A stretch of 43,881 bases of DNA from a bacterium (GCA_021777495.1 JAJYDL010000003.1:1-43881); one strand, 5' to 3'. Counted from the first letter of the stretch, positions 28,057 through 37,388 are shown. Notes: generated by a model from the sequence alone, not told the origin. Translations and numbers: made by a program.

Positions 28057-28977
28057 ATGAAACGCTCCCCCTATCTCATTCTCGTCCCCGCCTTCATCCT
28101 TGCAGCCGCAGGCGGGTTTTTCCTTTCTGCGCCGCATGCGGAAGCCGCTTTCGGCATCTCGCCGCCGTTCATCAATGCATCCCATCTCGTTCCCGGCATC
28201 ACGTATTCGCAGACCCTCTATCTTGTCCGCGATGACGCTTCCTCGGGCCTTCCCGTTACGGAATCGCTTACAATTCCGCAAGCGGTCCAGGGATGGGTTT
28301 CTCTCGATCAGCCGGCTAATTTCACGATCCCGACCGATACGCGCCAATTCCCCGTTACGGTGACCATCAAGGTTCCTTCCGGAGCGGCGGACGGGACCTA
28401 TAACGGCAATCTTTCCTTTACGACGATGCCGAATCAGAATGGCGAGGTTTCGGTGGCTCTCGGCGTGAATGTTGCGCTGAATTTGACCGTAGGAAGCGAT
28501 ACCTTCGAACAGTATTCGGTTCCTCTCATCAATATCCTCGATATCGAGGAGGGATGGAATCCGAAGGTGTATGTGAAGTTCGACAACCAGGGGAACGTTC
28601 CCGAGGCGTTCGACGGCGCTACTTTCGAGCTCTATGACCAGTACGATTCGGTCCGGCTCGCGTATCTGCAGCTGCAGAGCGGTTTTCCTTCGACGCCCGC
28701 GTTCACGACCAAGGATTACACCGTGGAATTCCCGTCGGATTTCCATCTCGGCGTGGGAAGCTATTGGGGGAATGTCACGTTCTATAAGAACGGCAATCCC
28801 GTTGCAAGCCAGAAGATGGCGTTCCGCGTCCTTCCTGCGGGAACCCTTTCGGGATGGTGGGGGCTCGTATCCTATAAGATAGAGAGCAACATCTGGAGCA
28901 TTGTCGCGGCGATTGCGATCATCGTTGCCGCAATCCTTTTCATCGTCCGTCGCCGACATCGCGCCTATGGCGGCTAG
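28057..28977 (+). CDS. DUF916/WxL-interacting-like protein: two Ig-like domains and a C-terminal TM anchor
   Basis: Signal peptide ..HAEA|AFGISPP; VTIKVPSGAADGTYNG; FDNQGNVP; C-terminal TM followed by RRRHR. Confidence 0.65.
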   Translation: MKRSPYLILVPAFILAAAGGFFLSAPHAEAAFGISPPFINASHLVPGITYSQTLYLVRDDASSGLPVTESLTIPQAVQGWVSLDQPANFTIPTDTRQFPVTVTIKVPSGAADGTYNGNLSFTTMPNQNGEVSVALGVNVALNLTVGSDTFEQYSVPLINILDIEEGWNPKVYVKFDNQGNVPEAFDGATFELYDQYDSVRLAYLQLQSGFPSTPAFTTKDYTVEFPSDFHLGVGSYWGNVTFYKNGNPVASQKMAFRVLPAGTLSGWWGLVSYKIESNIWSIVAAIAIIVAAILFIVRRRHRAYGG

Positions 28978-30172
28978 GATAGGAAAGGCCGCGGCGTCCA
29001 TCATTGCCGTATCCGCGATCGTATGGAGCGGCCTCTTCATGGCGGCCGTGGATTCCCATGCGGCATCCGTCGGCGCATCGGTCCGCATCGTGGTCTTTCC
29101 GAGCGCCCCGAGCAATCTGAGCGCCATTCCCGCGTCCCAGCAAAGCATCCTTCTTTCGTGGACGAACAATGCCGCAAACAATACGGGATTTGCGATAGAG
29201 CGTGAAGCGGGTTCCTCGGGCTTTTCGGAGATCGCCACGGTGGGCTCGAACATCGCCCAGTATGCCGACACCGGACTGATCCCGAATGTGCTTTACTCGT
29301 ATCGCGTCGCCGCATTCAATAATGATGGGTTTTCCCCTTACAGCAATATCGCCACCGCTACCATCGTGGCGGTCATTCCTCCTTCGGGTGGCGGAGGAGG
29401 GAATGCGACGGTAGGCGGCGGCGGGGGCGGGTATTTCCCCTCAGCGTCCCAGGCTCAGGCATCTTTTAGCGGGCTCGCATATCCCATGAGCGCGGTTTCG
29501 CTTCTTGAAAATGGCCAGATCATCGCGACGACGACCGCCGGCGCCGATGCGAAGTTTTCGTTCTCCATCGCGAACATCACTCCGGGCGCGAATGATTTTA
29601 CGGTGTCCGCCGTGGATCCGAACGGCATTCCTTCGCTTCCGCAGACCTACCGCATCTCCATGACCGCCGGCGCGGATACGATGGTGAGCGATATCGTATT
29701 CCCTCCCACCATCAATACCAACAGGACCGAAGTAAAGAAAGGCGATTTTGTGACGCTTTTCGGATACACCGCGCCCGCAAGCACGGTCACGATAACGGTG
29801 CATTCCGCATCCGCGCTTACGGTCGAAACCTCTTCGAATGCGGAAGGGGCATGGACCTATGCTCTCGATACGTCGGCGCTCGCATACGGGGACCATACGG
29901 CAGTCGCATCTTTCGCCATGGGCGCGGGTACGGCGATATCATCCGAACTCCTTGCGTTTTCGGTGGGGGACGCGAACGTCGCCGCACCGGCCGTCCATTC
30001 CGGGGCGCTCAGGGGGGATCTCAACCATGATGGAAGGGTGAACCTCATCGATTTTTCTATCATGGCGTACTGGTACGGAAGGCCGAACCCTCCCGCATAT
30101 GTCGATCTGAGCGGGGACGGAAAGGTCGATCTCACCGATTTCAGCATCCTCGCCTATTATTGGACCGGCTGA
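28967..30172 (+). CDS. Secreted FN3/Ig protein with a C-terminal type I dockerin
   Basis: FN3 LSWTNN..GFAIER..YSYRVAAFN; duplicated Ca-binding loops GDLNHDGRVNLIDFSIMAYWY and DLSGDGKVDLTDFSILAYYW. Confidence 0.85.
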   Translation: MAARIGKAAASIIAVSAIVWSGLFMAAVDSHAASVGASVRIVVFPSAPSNLSAIPASQQSILLSWTNNAANNTGFAIEREAGSSGFSEIATVGSNIAQYADTGLIPNVLYSYRVAAFNNDGFSPYSNIATATIVAVIPPSGGGGGNATVGGGGGGYFPSASQAQASFSGLAYPMSAVSLLENGQIIATTTAGADAKFSFSIANITPGANDFTVSAVDPNGIPSLPQTYRISMTAGADTMVSDIVFPPTINTNRTEVKKGDFVTLFGYTAPASTVTITVHSASALTVETSSNAEGAWTYALDTSALAYGDHTAVASFAMGAGTAISSELLAFSVGDANVAAPAVHSGALRGDLNHDGRVNLIDFSIMAYWYGRPNPPAYVDLSGDGKVDLTDFSILAYYWTG

Positions 30173-30200
30173 CCTGCCCCGCACAACACACGCCATTCCC

Positions 30201-31061
30201 ATGAATCTCCATTGTTTCCGCCGATATTTCCTTGCCATGCTCGCGTGCGTCGCCGGATGTTTTTTTGCGGCGATGCCCGTGCGTGCCGCGGTGATCACCG
30301 TATCCTCCGGGACGATCAGCATAGATACCCAGGGACAATCGGTGAACGCGATCGAGCTCCATCTTTCCTTCGATCCCGGGAAGGTTGCCGTCACGGGCGT
30401 ATACGACGGAGGGTCCATCATCGATTTCTGGGTGGAACCGCCGTCCGTTTCGAATGCATCCCATACCATCGATCTCGCCGGCATCATTCCCGGAGGGCTT
30501 ACGACATCCGACGGAAGGATCGCATCGTTCACCGCGGTCCCCGCGGGACCAGGCGGTATTCCGGCGAGCTTCGGTACGGTTTCCGCAAAGGTGCTCCTCA
30601 ATGACGGAAAAGGGACTCCCGCGACGGTCGCCGTCGTGAGCACCCCTTTCGTTCCCGGCACGCAGACCTCTTCGCCCCCCGTTCCGGATATCACCCCACC
30701 CGATCCTTTCGTGCCCCAGATCGGGCGCGATCCGGCTGTTTTCGGTGGAGCATGGTTCGTCGCGTTTTCGACGACCGATCCCCAATCGGGCATCAATCAT
30801 TATGAGATCATGGAGGGATCGGATACGGTCTGGCATGCCGCCGTATCGCCGTACCGGCTTTCGGATCAAAGCCTTTCGAGCAATATCTATATCCGCGCGG
30901 TGGACAATGCCGGAAACTTCCGCATCGTCGAACTGCCCGCCGCCCATCCGCGCACGGGCGCTCCGGCGGCGGATCGGATCGCCGTATTTATCGCCGCATG
31001 CGCTATACTATGGATAGGTATATTCGCGATCGTATGGATGTGGACACGAAGACGGCACTAA
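30201..31061 (+). CDS. Cohesin-domain protein with a C-terminal TM anchor
   Basis: IDTQGQSVNAIELHLSFDP...SIIDFWVEPP...AGIIPGG...LLNDGKGT; DITPPDPF..DPQSGINHY..RAVDNAGN module; C-terminal TM followed by RRRH. Confidence 0.75.
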   Translation: MNLHCFRRYFLAMLACVAGCFFAAMPVRAAVITVSSGTISIDTQGQSVNAIELHLSFDPGKVAVTGVYDGGSIIDFWVEPPSVSNASHTIDLAGIIPGGLTTSDGRIASFTAVPAGPGGIPASFGTVSAKVLLNDGKGTPATVAVVSTPFVPGTQTSSPPVPDITPPDPFVPQIGRDPAVFGGAWFVAFSTTDPQSGINHYEIMEGSDTVWHAAVSPYRLSDQSLSSNIYIRAVDNAGNFRIVELPAAHPRTGAPAADRIAVFIAACAILWIGIFAIVWMWTRRRH

Positions 31062-32503
31062 CGGTACGGGGTATCGCGGTCCTTGCGGGAGCGTTCGCTG
31101 TGGCGGCGCTCTTTTCCATGCCCCGGCACGCCGCTGCGGCAACCCTCGATCTCACTCCCGCTTCGGGGACCTATTCGGCGGGGCAGTTGTTCGATGTGAG
31201 CGTCGATGTGTCATCTTCCGATGCCGCGGTGAACGCGGCCCAGGCGACGATCTCTTTTCCTCCCGGTACCCTGAACGTCGAAGGGGTTTCGGAGGATGGT
31301 TCGATCGCGAATCTGTGGGTGCAGCAGCCCTCCTATTCGAATACCGCGGGGACCGTTTCCTTCGCCGCGGTGACGGTGAATCCCGGGTTCACCGGCCCGG
31401 CGGGACATCTCATCACGATCACGTTCCGTGCGGAGGCTCCCGGCAATGCGGAAATAGCGTTCGTGTCCGGCGCCGCGCTCGCGAACGACGGCAAGGGAAC
31501 GAATATCCTCACGGGCATGAACGACGCGCAGGCGACGATCGCGCCGGCGGGCGGATCTTCCGCGTCATCCGGCCCCGCGCCCGCGGGCGCGGGGCGTCCT
31601 CCCCTCATCGTATCGGTTCCCGCGGTGAACGACCGGGACTGGTACAATCTCGATTCGATAACCTTTTCATGGACGCTTCCTCCGGGAACGACCGGCGTGA
31701 ACTATGCCATATCGAACGATCCCGGATATCAGCTTTTGGAGCGGCCCCAAGCCCCCGTTTCAAGCGCGACCTATAATCTTAGTACGTTCGCGGACGGCGT
31801 CTGGTATTTCTATGCGAGCGTGGATCGCGGCGGATCGTGGTCGCCCGTCGCGGAACGCATCCTCCGTCTCGACCGTACGCCGCCCGAGCCGTTCGTTATC
31901 GTGCAGCAGAACGCGGGTCCCTCCGCTGCGGCGTCCCGGCCCGTGTTCCAGTGGGTGGCCACCGACAATATGTCCGGAATCGCGTACTATCGGGCGAAGA
32001 TAGGCAGCGGCGACTGGTTCGATCCCGCGTCGATCGAACAGGACGGACTGTACGTACTGCCTCCGCAATCGACGGCGCTTTCCCGGACGCTTACGGTGCG
32101 GGCGTACGACAATGCCGGCAATTACCGCGAGGAACAGGCCGTATTCTCCGTGCTTCCCTCCGGATGTGCGGGGAATGCGGCGTGGTGTTCGGTCGTCATC
32201 TTTTCGGAATGGAACTGGTGGTGGATGGCGCTCATCCTCCTCGCGCTCTATCTCGCCGTGCGTCGCATCACGGTCCTCAAAAGGAATATGAAAAAGGAGC
32301 TCGTGCGTTTCGGCAGCGCGCTCGAACGCGATCTTCGGAGCATGGAGGCGGATAGCGGCAAGGACGTCCGCGTTCCGGGAGCGGGGACGGAGAGGTCCGG
32401 AACCCCTGCATCCGTCGGGCGCGAGGAAGGAAATATGCAAAAGGCCGCGGACACGGTCCGCGACAGGGTGCGCGAAGAGCTGGATGCGATCGACCGGCTA
32501 TAG
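31034..32503 (+). CDS. Cohesin-domain protein with Ig modules, a TM helix and a cytoplasmic coiled tail
   Basis: TLDLTPASGTYSAGQLFDVSV..AVNAAQATISFP..SIANLWVQQPSY..LANDGKGTNIL; DRTPPEPF..DNMSGIAYY..RAYDNAGN; TM WWWMALILLALYL. Confidence 0.8.
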   Translation: MDVDTKTALTVRGIAVLAGAFAVAALFSMPRHAAAATLDLTPASGTYSAGQLFDVSVDVSSSDAAVNAAQATISFPPGTLNVEGVSEDGSIANLWVQQPSYSNTAGTVSFAAVTVNPGFTGPAGHLITITFRAEAPGNAEIAFVSGAALANDGKGTNILTGMNDAQATIAPAGGSSASSGPAPAGAGRPPLIVSVPAVNDRDWYNLDSITFSWTLPPGTTGVNYAISNDPGYQLLERPQAPVSSATYNLSTFADGVWYFYASVDRGGSWSPVAERILRLDRTPPEPFVIVQQNAGPSAAASRPVFQWVATDNMSGIAYYRAKIGSGDWFDPASIEQDGLYVLPPQSTALSRTLTVRAYDNAGNYREEQAVFSVLPSGCAGNAAWCSVVIFSEWNWWWMALILLALYLAVRRITVLKRNMKKELVRFGSALERDLRSMEADSGKDVRVPGAGTERSGTPASVGREEGNMQKAADTVRDRVREELDAIDRL

Positions 32504-33340
32504 GTCCCGCGGCCGCTCTCCCTCTCTTTGGACCTTCGTAAGGCGAAGCGCACCGCGTCCGTCGCGTTCCGCGGCAAGGAGCTTCGTCCGTGCGCCATCC
32601 TTCATCGTCCAGCATCCCGGTTCGGGCGAGAATGCGTTGATCATATGGAGGATGCGGGAGGCCCCTTCGCCCCCGTGCGCAACGGCGGCATCGAGGTCCG
32701 CCGCATCGACGAATGCATCGGCGGAGGCGAACTTTTTCGTGAATGTGGCGGCTGCGTGGTCCTGGGGATGCGCGTCCGCGGTCCCGCCCATGAACGCGGG
32801 GAGCGTTTCCGCAAGGAGACCGCCGCAGAGCGTTGCGAGCCTCTCTTCGAGGCCGGTATACGTCTCCGTATCGGGATCAAAGGGCAGGGATCGCTCCGCA
32901 AGGACGGGGCCGTGGTCCATCTTGGCATCCATGAGGTAGATCGTGCCGCCGGTTTTGTGTTCGCCCGCGAGGATTGCCGATTGTATGGGCGATGCGCCGC
33001 GATATTTCGGAAGGAGCGACGGATGGACCCCGAGCGTGCCGAGACGGGGGATATCGATCACCGCTTGCGGGATTATTTTCGCGTATGCGGCAACGGCGAA
33101 CGCGTCCGGCGCGAGCGCGCGGAGCGATGCGGCGAACGCGTCATCGAGCGATTCCGGCTGCAGTACCGCGATGCCGTGCTCGCGGGCGAGCGCTTTTACG
33201 GGGGGCTCGGTGAGGATCTTTTTGCGTCCCGCGGGACGGTCGGGATTGCAGACCACCGCGGCGGGCGGCATTCCCGCGTCGATCATCTTTTCAAGGACGA
33301 TCGACGCGAACCGGGGCGTGCCGAAAAATACGTAGGTCAT
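32498..33340 (-). CDS. fmt: Methionyl-tRNA formyltransferase
   Basis: FFGTPRFA, PDRPAGRK, HPSLLPKYRGASPIQ, MDHGP. Confidence 0.95.
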   Translation of the reverse strand: MTYVFFGTPRFASIVLEKMIDAGMPPAAVVCNPDRPAGRKKILTEPPVKALAREHGIAVLQPESLDDAFAASLRALAPDAFAVAAYAKIIPQAVIDIPRLGTLGVHPSLLPKYRGASPIQSAILAGEHKTGGTIYLMDAKMDHGPVLAERSLPFDPDTETYTGLEERLATLCGGLLAETLPAFMGGTADAHPQDHAAATFTKKFASADAFVDAADLDAAVAHGGEGASRILHMINAFSPEPGCWTMKDGARTKLLAAERDGRGALRLTKVQREGERPRDL

Positions 33341-33362
33341 CGTGCCGTCGTCGCGCTGTTTT

Positions 33363-33875
33363 TCATGACGTTTCCTCGTTGTGCACCTTCTTCGCGCGGT
33401 CGATGAACACCTTTCCGTCCAGATGGTCGCATTCGTGCTGGAACACGCGCGCGAGGAGTCCCCATGCCTTGATCTTCAGCGGCTTGCCGTTCTTGTCCTC
33501 GCCCCTCAGCGTGAGCTGCTGCGCCCTTGCGACGTCGCCGAACTTTCCCGGAATGCTCAGGCATCCTTCTTCGGAGGTCTCGGTCTCGGCGCTCACTTTT
33601 TCAAGCTCGGGGTTGAATACCGCATAGAATTTGAGGCCGCCGTGCGCATCGGGAACCTCCGCCACGAACATCCTGAAGTCGAGCCCGATCTGGTTCGCGG
33701 AAAGGCCTATGCCGTTCGCTTCGCGCATGATGCGCCGCATGCGGGCGACGAGCTCCCGTATTTCCTTCGGGGTGAACGCGGAAAAATCGAACGCCTTCGT
33801 CCGCGTGCGGAGGATCTTTTCTCCTTTCGGATCGGAAAGGAGGACCATTTCGGGGGGGGTGTGCGCGGCGCTCAT
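33363..33875 (-). CDS. def: Peptide deformylase
   Basis: GIGLSANQIG, EGCLS, QHECDHLDG. Confidence 0.97.
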   Translation of the reverse strand: MSAAHTPPEMVLLSDPKGEKILRTRTKAFDFSAFTPKEIRELVARMRRIMREANGIGLSANQIGLDFRMFVAEVPDAHGGLKFYAVFNPELEKVSAETETSEEGCLSIPGKFGDVARAQQLTLRGEDKNGKPLKIKAWGLLARVFQHECDHLDGKVFIDRAKKVHNEETS

Positions 33876-33889
33876 TGGGATATTAAAGC

Positions 33890-34237
33890 TTATTTGCCCG
33901 TTCTTTGTCCATTGCGCCTCCTTGTTTCCTTCTTTTCGTTCTTTTCCGCTTCGCCGATGCGGGCGGCCGATTCCTGTTTGAGGATCGCCATGAAATACGC
34001 GCCTTTATTCTTCACTTCATCGCGCGTGGCGACGTCCTTTGCGAGCGCGAGCATCCGGTCCGCGCCGCCTTCTTTGGCAAGCTTGATATAGAGCGCTTTG
34101 TGCCGTTCGTCGCGGAGGATTTCGGATATCTCAAGGCCGATGAGCTGGTATTTCCGGTATACGTGGGATTCCTTTCCCCGCCGCGCGAGCTCGTCCATAT
34201 ACGCCTCCCTGAGGCTTTTCCCCGTTTTTTTCGGCAT
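33890..34237 (-). CDS. Hypothetical basic helical protein, first gene of the def-fmt unit
   Basis: MPKKTGKSLREAY...YQLIGLEISEIL..HKALYIKLAK..KNKGAYFM; ATG 8 nt after TACAAT. The longer ORF extension is antisense to serS. Confidence 0.7.
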   Translation of the reverse strand: MPKKTGKSLREAYMDELARRGKESHVYRKYQLIGLEISEILRDERHKALYIKLAKEGGADRMLALAKDVATRDEVKNKGAYFMAILKQESAARIGEAEKNEKKETRRRNGQRTGK

Positions 34238-34315
34238 TAGCTTCCATTGTAGCGCAAAACGATGAATATCCCATAAAAGGTGGAAAACGGATGTTTCTTG
34301 CGCTATGATACGCAT

Positions 34316-35596
34316 ATGCTCGACATAAAGTTCATCCGCGAACACGCGGCGGAGGTGAAGGATGCGGCGGTGAAGAAGAATATGGACCCCGGCGTCATCG
34401 ACGAGCTTCTTGCGGTGGACGAGGAGCGCAGGGCGCTCATGGTTGCCGCCGAGGCCACTCGCGCGGAGCAGAAGAAGGCGAAGGATCGTGAGACGGGCGC
34501 GGCGCTCAAGGAGAAGTTCAGGGAACAGGAGGAAAAACTGAAGCCCGTCGAACAGAAATTCGGGGAGCTCATGGCGCGCGTGCCGAACGTCATTTCTCCC
34601 GATACGCCGGTAGGGAAGAGCGATGCGGACAATAAAGACATCTTCCATTGGGGCGAACCGCGGACGTTCGATTTCACCCCGAAGACCCACGTGGAGCTCG
34701 CGACGTCCCTCGATATCCTCGACTTCGACCGCGGCACGAAGGTGGGCGGCTTCCGCGGCTATTACGTCAAGAACGACGGCGTGCTTCTTCAGATGGGAAT
34801 CATGATGTATGCGCTCAACAAGCTCATGGGGAAAGGGTTCGCGCCCATGATCCCGCCGACCCTCGTCAAGGGATTCCCGCTCTTCGGATCGGGATATTTC
34901 AAAGGGACTTCCTATGATCCGGAGGTCGATGAGATCTATCAGGTGGCCACGTCCGACAAGGAGGCGACCGGAGAGAAGAGCAAGGATCAGAAGTTCCTCG
35001 TGGGAACGGCGGAGCCTTCGCTCCTCGCGTATTATGCCGACGAGACGGTGCCGGCCGGGGATTTGCCGCTCAAACTATGCGGTTACAGCCAATGCTATCG
35101 GAGCGAGATCGGGAGTTACAGCAAGGATGTGAAAGGTCTCTACCGCGTGCACGAATTCATGAAAGTGGAACAGGTGGTGCTCGCGCCGGCGGACATCGAG
35201 GCCGCGAACAAGCTTCAGGACGAGATGACCGGCATTTCCGGCGAAATGCACGAGGAGCTCGGTCTTCCGTACCGCCGCCTCGCGATCTGTTCCGGTGACA
35301 TGAGCGCCGGAAAATATCGCGCGTTCGACATCGAAGCGTGGCTTCCCGGCATGAAGCGCTGGGCCGAGACCGGATCGGCGAGCAACTTCACCGATTGGCA
35401 GTCGCGGCGGCTGAACGTCAAATATGCCGATCCGAAAACGGGCGAGCGGAAGTTCGTGTACATGCTCAACAACACCGCGCTGCCTTCGCCCCGCATCTTC
35501 ATTGCGATCCTCGAAAACTATCAGACGAAGGACGGGAAGGTGGAAGTGCCGGAAGTGCTTCAAAAATACGTCGGCAAAAAGGTCATCGGAGAATAA
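34316..35596 (+). CDS. serS: Serine--tRNA ligase
   Basis: MLDIKFIRE, GTAEP, CYRSEIG, GLYRVHEFMKVE, FDIEAWLP, SNFTDWQSRRLN, LNNTA. Confidence 0.97.
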   Translation: MLDIKFIREHAAEVKDAAVKKNMDPGVIDELLAVDEERRALMVAAEATRAEQKKAKDRETGAALKEKFREQEEKLKPVEQKFGELMARVPNVISPDTPVGKSDADNKDIFHWGEPRTFDFTPKTHVELATSLDILDFDRGTKVGGFRGYYVKNDGVLLQMGIMMYALNKLMGKGFAPMIPPTLVKGFPLFGSGYFKGTSYDPEVDEIYQVATSDKEATGEKSKDQKFLVGTAEPSLLAYYADETVPAGDLPLKLCGYSQCYRSEIGSYSKDVKGLYRVHEFMKVEQVVLAPADIEAANKLQDEMTGISGEMHEELGLPYRRLAICSGDMSAGKYRAFDIEAWLPGMKRWAETGSASNFTDWQSRRLNVKYADPKTGERKFVYMLNNTALPSPRIFIAILENYQTKDGKVEVPEVLQKYVGKKVIGE

Positions 35597-35610
35597 TAAT
35601 TTCATACGCC

Positions 35611-36447
35611 ATGCATTTTCTGAACGGGAAGCTCGTGGAAGAAAAGGACCTCGTGGTGCCGGTCCGCGATCTCGGCTTCATGCGGGGTTTTGCGGTATTC
35701 GACTTTCTCATTACCTACGGCGGACAGCGGCCGTTCCATCTCGACCGCCATCTGGAACGGTTGTTCCGCTCGGCGGAGCTCATCGGGCTTGCGGTGCCGT
35801 GGGATAAGGCGCAGGTGCGCGCGTGGGTCATGCAGGCGCTCGCGGCGAATGCGGACGGGGAGGAGAAGGCGATCAAGATCGTCGTGTCGGGAGGACCGTC
35901 GCACACGCTCGTACCCGCGGCGGCGCCGACGATCGCGGTCATCATCGATCCGCGGACGGAGCACCAGTTCCCGGATTCTTCCTATACGGACGGCGTTGCC
36001 GTCATTACGGACAAGTTCCGCCGTTACGTTCCCGAAGCGAAGTCCAACAACTACATCGAAGGAGTGAAGGAGGCGCAGATTGCGGCGCGCGAGGGCGCCG
36101 TCGAGACGATCTATTACGACGACGCGCAGGTCTATGAAGGCTCCACGTCCAACGTGTTCGCGGTCGTGGGCGGCGCGCTTGTCACGCCGAAATCCGATAT
36201 TCTCGGCGGCGTGACGCGGGGCGTGCTTCTCGAGATCCTTCCGTCCGCCGGCGTCCCGGTGGAAGCGCGTGACATCACGATCGCGGATCTCCGGGCCGCG
36301 CAGGAGATATTTCTTGCCGCAAGCAACAAAGAGGTGATGCCTGTCACGCGCATGGACGGCGTCCCGGTGGGGGGCGGCGCGCCGGGCCCGGTGACGAAGG
36401 AGGTGATGAGGATCTTCCGCGAATTCACCCGTTCGGGAAACTGGTAG
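35611..36447 (+). CDS. PLP fold-type IV aminotransferase (D-amino acid transaminase/BCAT family)
   Basis: DLGFMRGFAVFD, HLERLFRSA, catalytic Lys in EAKSNNY, EGSTSNVF, ILGGVTR. Confidence 0.9.
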   Translation: MHFLNGKLVEEKDLVVPVRDLGFMRGFAVFDFLITYGGQRPFHLDRHLERLFRSAELIGLAVPWDKAQVRAWVMQALAANADGEEKAIKIVVSGGPSHTLVPAAAPTIAVIIDPRTEHQFPDSSYTDGVAVITDKFRRYVPEAKSNNYIEGVKEAQIAAREGAVETIYYDDAQVYEGSTSNVFAVVGGALVTPKSDILGGVTRGVLLEILPSAGVPVEARDITIADLRAAQEIFLAASNKEVMPVTRMDGVPVGGGAPGPVTKEVMRIFREFTRSGNW

Positions 36448-36494
36448 GGGACTCGGCGGATTGGTAGAAGGGCGTGGGGGCGTAGTAGAATAGA

Positions 36495-37388
36495 ATGATG
36501 CAGATCGCCCCGTACGTTTCCGAGCGCCGCATGAGGCGCCAAAAGATACGGCGTTATATGTTCGGCGTGCTTGCGGTCTTCGCGCTCTATTTCGCGTTTC
36601 TCGGCGCGGTCCTTTTCCTGGTGCGCGGCCCGCTCTTTCGCGTGAATAACGTGGTCGTGACGGGAGCCCCGGGTATTGCGAATGCGGATGTCATCGCGCT
36701 CGTCGAAGCGGATCCGTCGGGGCATTTCGCCACCGGGTGGACGGGTGCCGTCCTCGGGTGGAGGAACATGCTCGCATGGCCCGGCGCAGTGCCTTCCTCG
36801 ACCCTCCTCCTCGCCCCGGAGCTTTCCGGCATCGGTATTTCGAAGGATTATTTTTCCCATACCGTGACGATCGCCGTTTCCGAGCGCCAGCCGTTCGGAA
36901 TATGGTGCTTCATGCCGAAAGGCGCCGCGCCCCTTGCCGCGCCGGCATCCGCATCCTCCTCGTCCTCATCACCGTCCGCGATGCCCGCTGCGGCCGCACA
37001 GGGGCAATGCTATTGGTTCGACGATGCGGGCGTGCTCTTCGAGAAAGCGATGAGCACGCAGGGAAACATCATTTTCGTGGTGAACGATTATTCCCAATCC
37101 GACCGGGGACTCGGTAATACCGTCCTCCCCGTCGATTTCAATACGAACCTCATTTCCGTCATGAACGTGCTCCGTGCCGCCGGGCTCGGCGTGAGGGAGA
37201 TGGATCTGAGAGACCTTTCCCTCGAAGAGGTGGATGCCCAGACGACCGCGGGGCCCGTGATCGAGTTCAGGGTTCGTGTCCCCGCGGACGATTATCTTCC
37301 CGTACTGAAGCAGCTCGCCGCGCAGAGCGGGTTCGATAAACTGCAGTACATCGATTGCCGCACCCAGGACCGGGTATTCTATAAATAA
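36495..37388 (+). CDS. FtsQ/DivIB-like cell division protein
   Basis: Basic N-terminus plus one TM, POTRA-like domain, KDYFSHTVTIAVSERQPFGIWC, CYWFDDAG, YIDCRTQDRVFYK. Start 36495 or 36498. Confidence 0.75.
   Translation: MMQIAPYVSERRMRRQKIRRYMFGVLAVFALYFAFLGAVLFLVRGPLFRVNNVVVTGAPGIANADVIALVEADPSGHFATGWTGAVLGWRNMLAWPGAVPSSTLLLAPELSGIGISKDYFSHTVTIAVSERQPFGIWCFMPKGAAPLAAPASASSSSSSPSAMPAAAAQGQCYWFDDAGVLFEKAMSTQGNIIFVVNDYSQSDRGLGNTVLPVDFNTNLISVMNVLRAAGLGVREMDLRDLSLEEVDAQTTAGPVIEFRVRVPADDYLPVLKQLAAQSGFDKLQYIDCRTQDRVFYK

Noticed and set aside
28967-32503. Cellulosome interpretation of the cohesin and dockerin genes
   Set aside because: No glycoside hydrolase or carbohydrate-binding catalytic modules are recognisable in the cluster.
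35338-35610. N-terminal extension of the aminotransferase; similarly 8023-8166, 34238-34690 and 39341-39571
   Set aside because: These overlap neighbouring genes or promoters; downstream ATGs match family N-termini and promoter spacing.
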